Shown here piece by piece: positions 37,653 to 39,067 of a stretch of 39,067 bases of DNA. The DNA lies in IMG/VR virus record IMGVR_UViG_2703718794_000007; one strand, written 5' to 3'. This stretch comes from a virus. Its lineage: Duplodnaviria > Heunggongvirae > Uroviricota > Caudoviricetes. The position numbers and the translations under genes were made by a program. Numbering within the stretch: position 1 is the stretch's first letter; each line of letters starts with the position of its first letter. The notes under the pieces were generated by a model that did no database searches, was not told the DNA's origin, and was given only the letters and a program-made list of their open reading frames with translations.

Positions 37653-37966
37653 CTTTGTCAAGCATGGGTGAAAAATTTCGCCTGATTCGTGAAGCAGAAG
37701 GTATGACCCGCCAGGAGTTTGCGGATTGTGTTGGGCTGCCTTATGGGACGGTAACTAACTATGAGGTGAGGGGGAAGCAAGTAACAGAGGGTGCCTTACT
37801 TAAGGTTACGAAACACCCTAAATTTAAGAAGTATGCTTATTGGTTATCAACAGATGAAACGATGCCGGAGGTCGGGCAAATTTCTCCGGCTCTCTCTCTT
37901 GATGGTTCCTGCAATTCGGAGGGAGATCGCGTTTCAACCGAAACAATCCAAAAATTATCCCGCTGA
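37646..37966 (+). CDS. C: Immunity repressor C
   Basis: ORF 37592-37966; from MASLSS the sequence aligns with P2 C (GLPYGT, Q-F-KY-W, GQI-PAL); start uncertain (37646 or 37664). Confidence 0.7.
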   Translation: MASLSSMGEKFRLIREAEGMTRQEFADCVGLPYGTVTNYEVRGKQVTEGALLKVTKHPKFKKYAYWLSTDETMPEVGQISPALSLDGSCNSEGDRVSTETIQKLSR

Positions 37967-38062
37967 GGCCAGAAAACTGGTTAGACCTGCTTTTTGTCTG
38001 GTCTGATTATTGCTGGAAAGAGGCTGGAGAAATTGTAGAGCGGTTCATTGGAGGGCTTCGTA

Positions 38063-39067
38063 ATGTCGATTAAGAAGCTCGAAGATGGTCGTTATTTGCT
38101 GGACATCAGGCCGAACGGACGCAAGGGAAAGCGCGTGCGTAAGGTATTTGACAAAAAATCGGTAGCGGTGGCCACTGAACGCTACATCATGGCGAACGCT
38201 GAAAAGCGGGAATATATACAGGGCTACCGTGATCGTCGAACGCTAAATGATTTGCTTGAGTTGTGGTGGATGTATCACGGCCAGCACAGGCGTAAGGCGG
38301 AAGAAGACCGAAAACAACTGCGCAACATAATTAATGAGCTTGGCGCTGATATGCAGGCTGTGGATCTTGATAAGCTGAAAATTATCGCGTGGCGTTCTCA
38401 AAAGATAGCTGAAGGATTGAAACCGTCATCTGCTAACAGGTACATGAATCGGTTATCCGGAATGTTTACCGTGCTGAAAAAAATAGGTCTTTGGGATGCA
38501 GAACATCCAGTAAGGGGAATTTCTATTCTTTATGTATCTCCACGAGAAATGGCGTTCCTGTCACAGAAGGAAGTGGCGCTATTGCTCGATACACTGGAGG
38601 GCGACTACTGGCGTGTTGCGCTTTTGTGTTTAAGCACAGGGGCGCGCTGGAGTGAAGCTTGTAAGCTTCGTGGTGAACAGATAGTTCATAACCGTGTAAC
38701 GTTTCTTGAAACCAAAAATGGCCGGAAGAGAACAGTGCCAATTTCGCAGGCAGTTTGTGAGGCGATCAAAACCAGAGAAACAGGCAGCTTGTTTGAGGTG
38801 AAGTACCGGGAATTCTGCCTGGCGCTGAAAAGAGTTAAGCCCGATTTACCAAAAGGCCAGGCTGCACATGTGCTGCGGCATACGTTCGCCAGCCATTTTG
38901 TGATGAACGGAGGAAACATTATTGCGCTTCAGAAGATTCTTGGTCACGCAACCATTCAGCAAACAATGGCATATGCGCATTTTGCACCGGATTACCTGCA
39001 GGATGCGGTGGCCCTTAATCCGCTGAAAGGTGGCGTAAGTGTCCACGCAGTGTCCACGGGGGATTAA
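38063..39067 (+). CDS. int: P2-type tyrosine integrase
   Basis: ORF 38048-39067; MSIKKLEDGRY...LSTGARWSEA...HVLRHTFASH...QTMAYAHFAPDYLQDA matches P2 Int; stop at the last base. Confidence 0.9.
   Translation: MSIKKLEDGRYLLDIRPNGRKGKRVRKVFDKKSVAVATERYIMANAEKREYIQGYRDRRTLNDLLELWWMYHGQHRRKAEEDRKQLRNIINELGADMQAVDLDKLKIIAWRSQKIAEGLKPSSANRYMNRLSGMFTVLKKIGLWDAEHPVRGISILYVSPREMAFLSQKEVALLLDTLEGDYWRVALLCLSTGARWSEACKLRGEQIVHNRVTFLETKNGRKRTVPISQAVCEAIKTRETGSLFEVKYREFCLALKRVKPDLPKGQAAHVLRHTFASHFVMNGGNIIALQKILGHATIQQTMAYAHFAPDYLQDAVALNPLKGGVSVHAVSTGD

Larger units (their letters stand above)
3087..39067. mobile_element. P2-like prophage; attR expected in about 2900-3086, attL beyond the window end
   Basis: Contiguous P2-type gene set from ogr to int; exact att core not identified. 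Confidence 0.85.

Noticed and set aside
1-39067. CRISPR array or rRNA genes
   Set aside because: No regularly spaced longer direct repeats with unique spacers and no rRNA-like sequence; the only periodic repeats are short operator-like motifs.

Overview
The window is dominated by a near-complete P2-like myovirus prophage, about 36 kb, running from ogr (3087-3347) to a P2-type integrase gene that ends at the last base (attL lies beyond the window). Left of it are the chromosomal flk gene (1-996), an AT-rich two-gene islet and a Hok-family toxin ORF. The prophage carries the full P2 gene set: portal Q, terminase P/M, scaffold O, capsid N, L, X, a lysis cassette, baseplate and fibre genes, sheath/tube/tape-measure, D, replication gene A, cox, C and int. 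Three things depart from the P2 reference as I recall it: (1) the FI-FII-E/E'-T-U block is on the opposite strand to D and the other late genes; (2) the cos-proximal accessory region holds an R1-type parM/parR pair plus a translationally coupled HTH-ImmA/IrrE metallopeptidase fusion and PIN-domain gene, which I rate the best candidate for an uncharacterised toxin-antitoxin or defence module; (3) a macro-domain protein with a His/Cys-rich fibre-tip-like C-terminus sits between tail fibre H and the fibre assembly chaperone. Other cargo: an AT-rich 340-aa ORF between ogr and D, and a frameshifted hexapeptide acetyltransferase. No rRNA, tRNA or CRISPR array was found. All calls rest on reading the ORF translations and sequence by eye; no database search was run, and the att and cos sites are unresolved.
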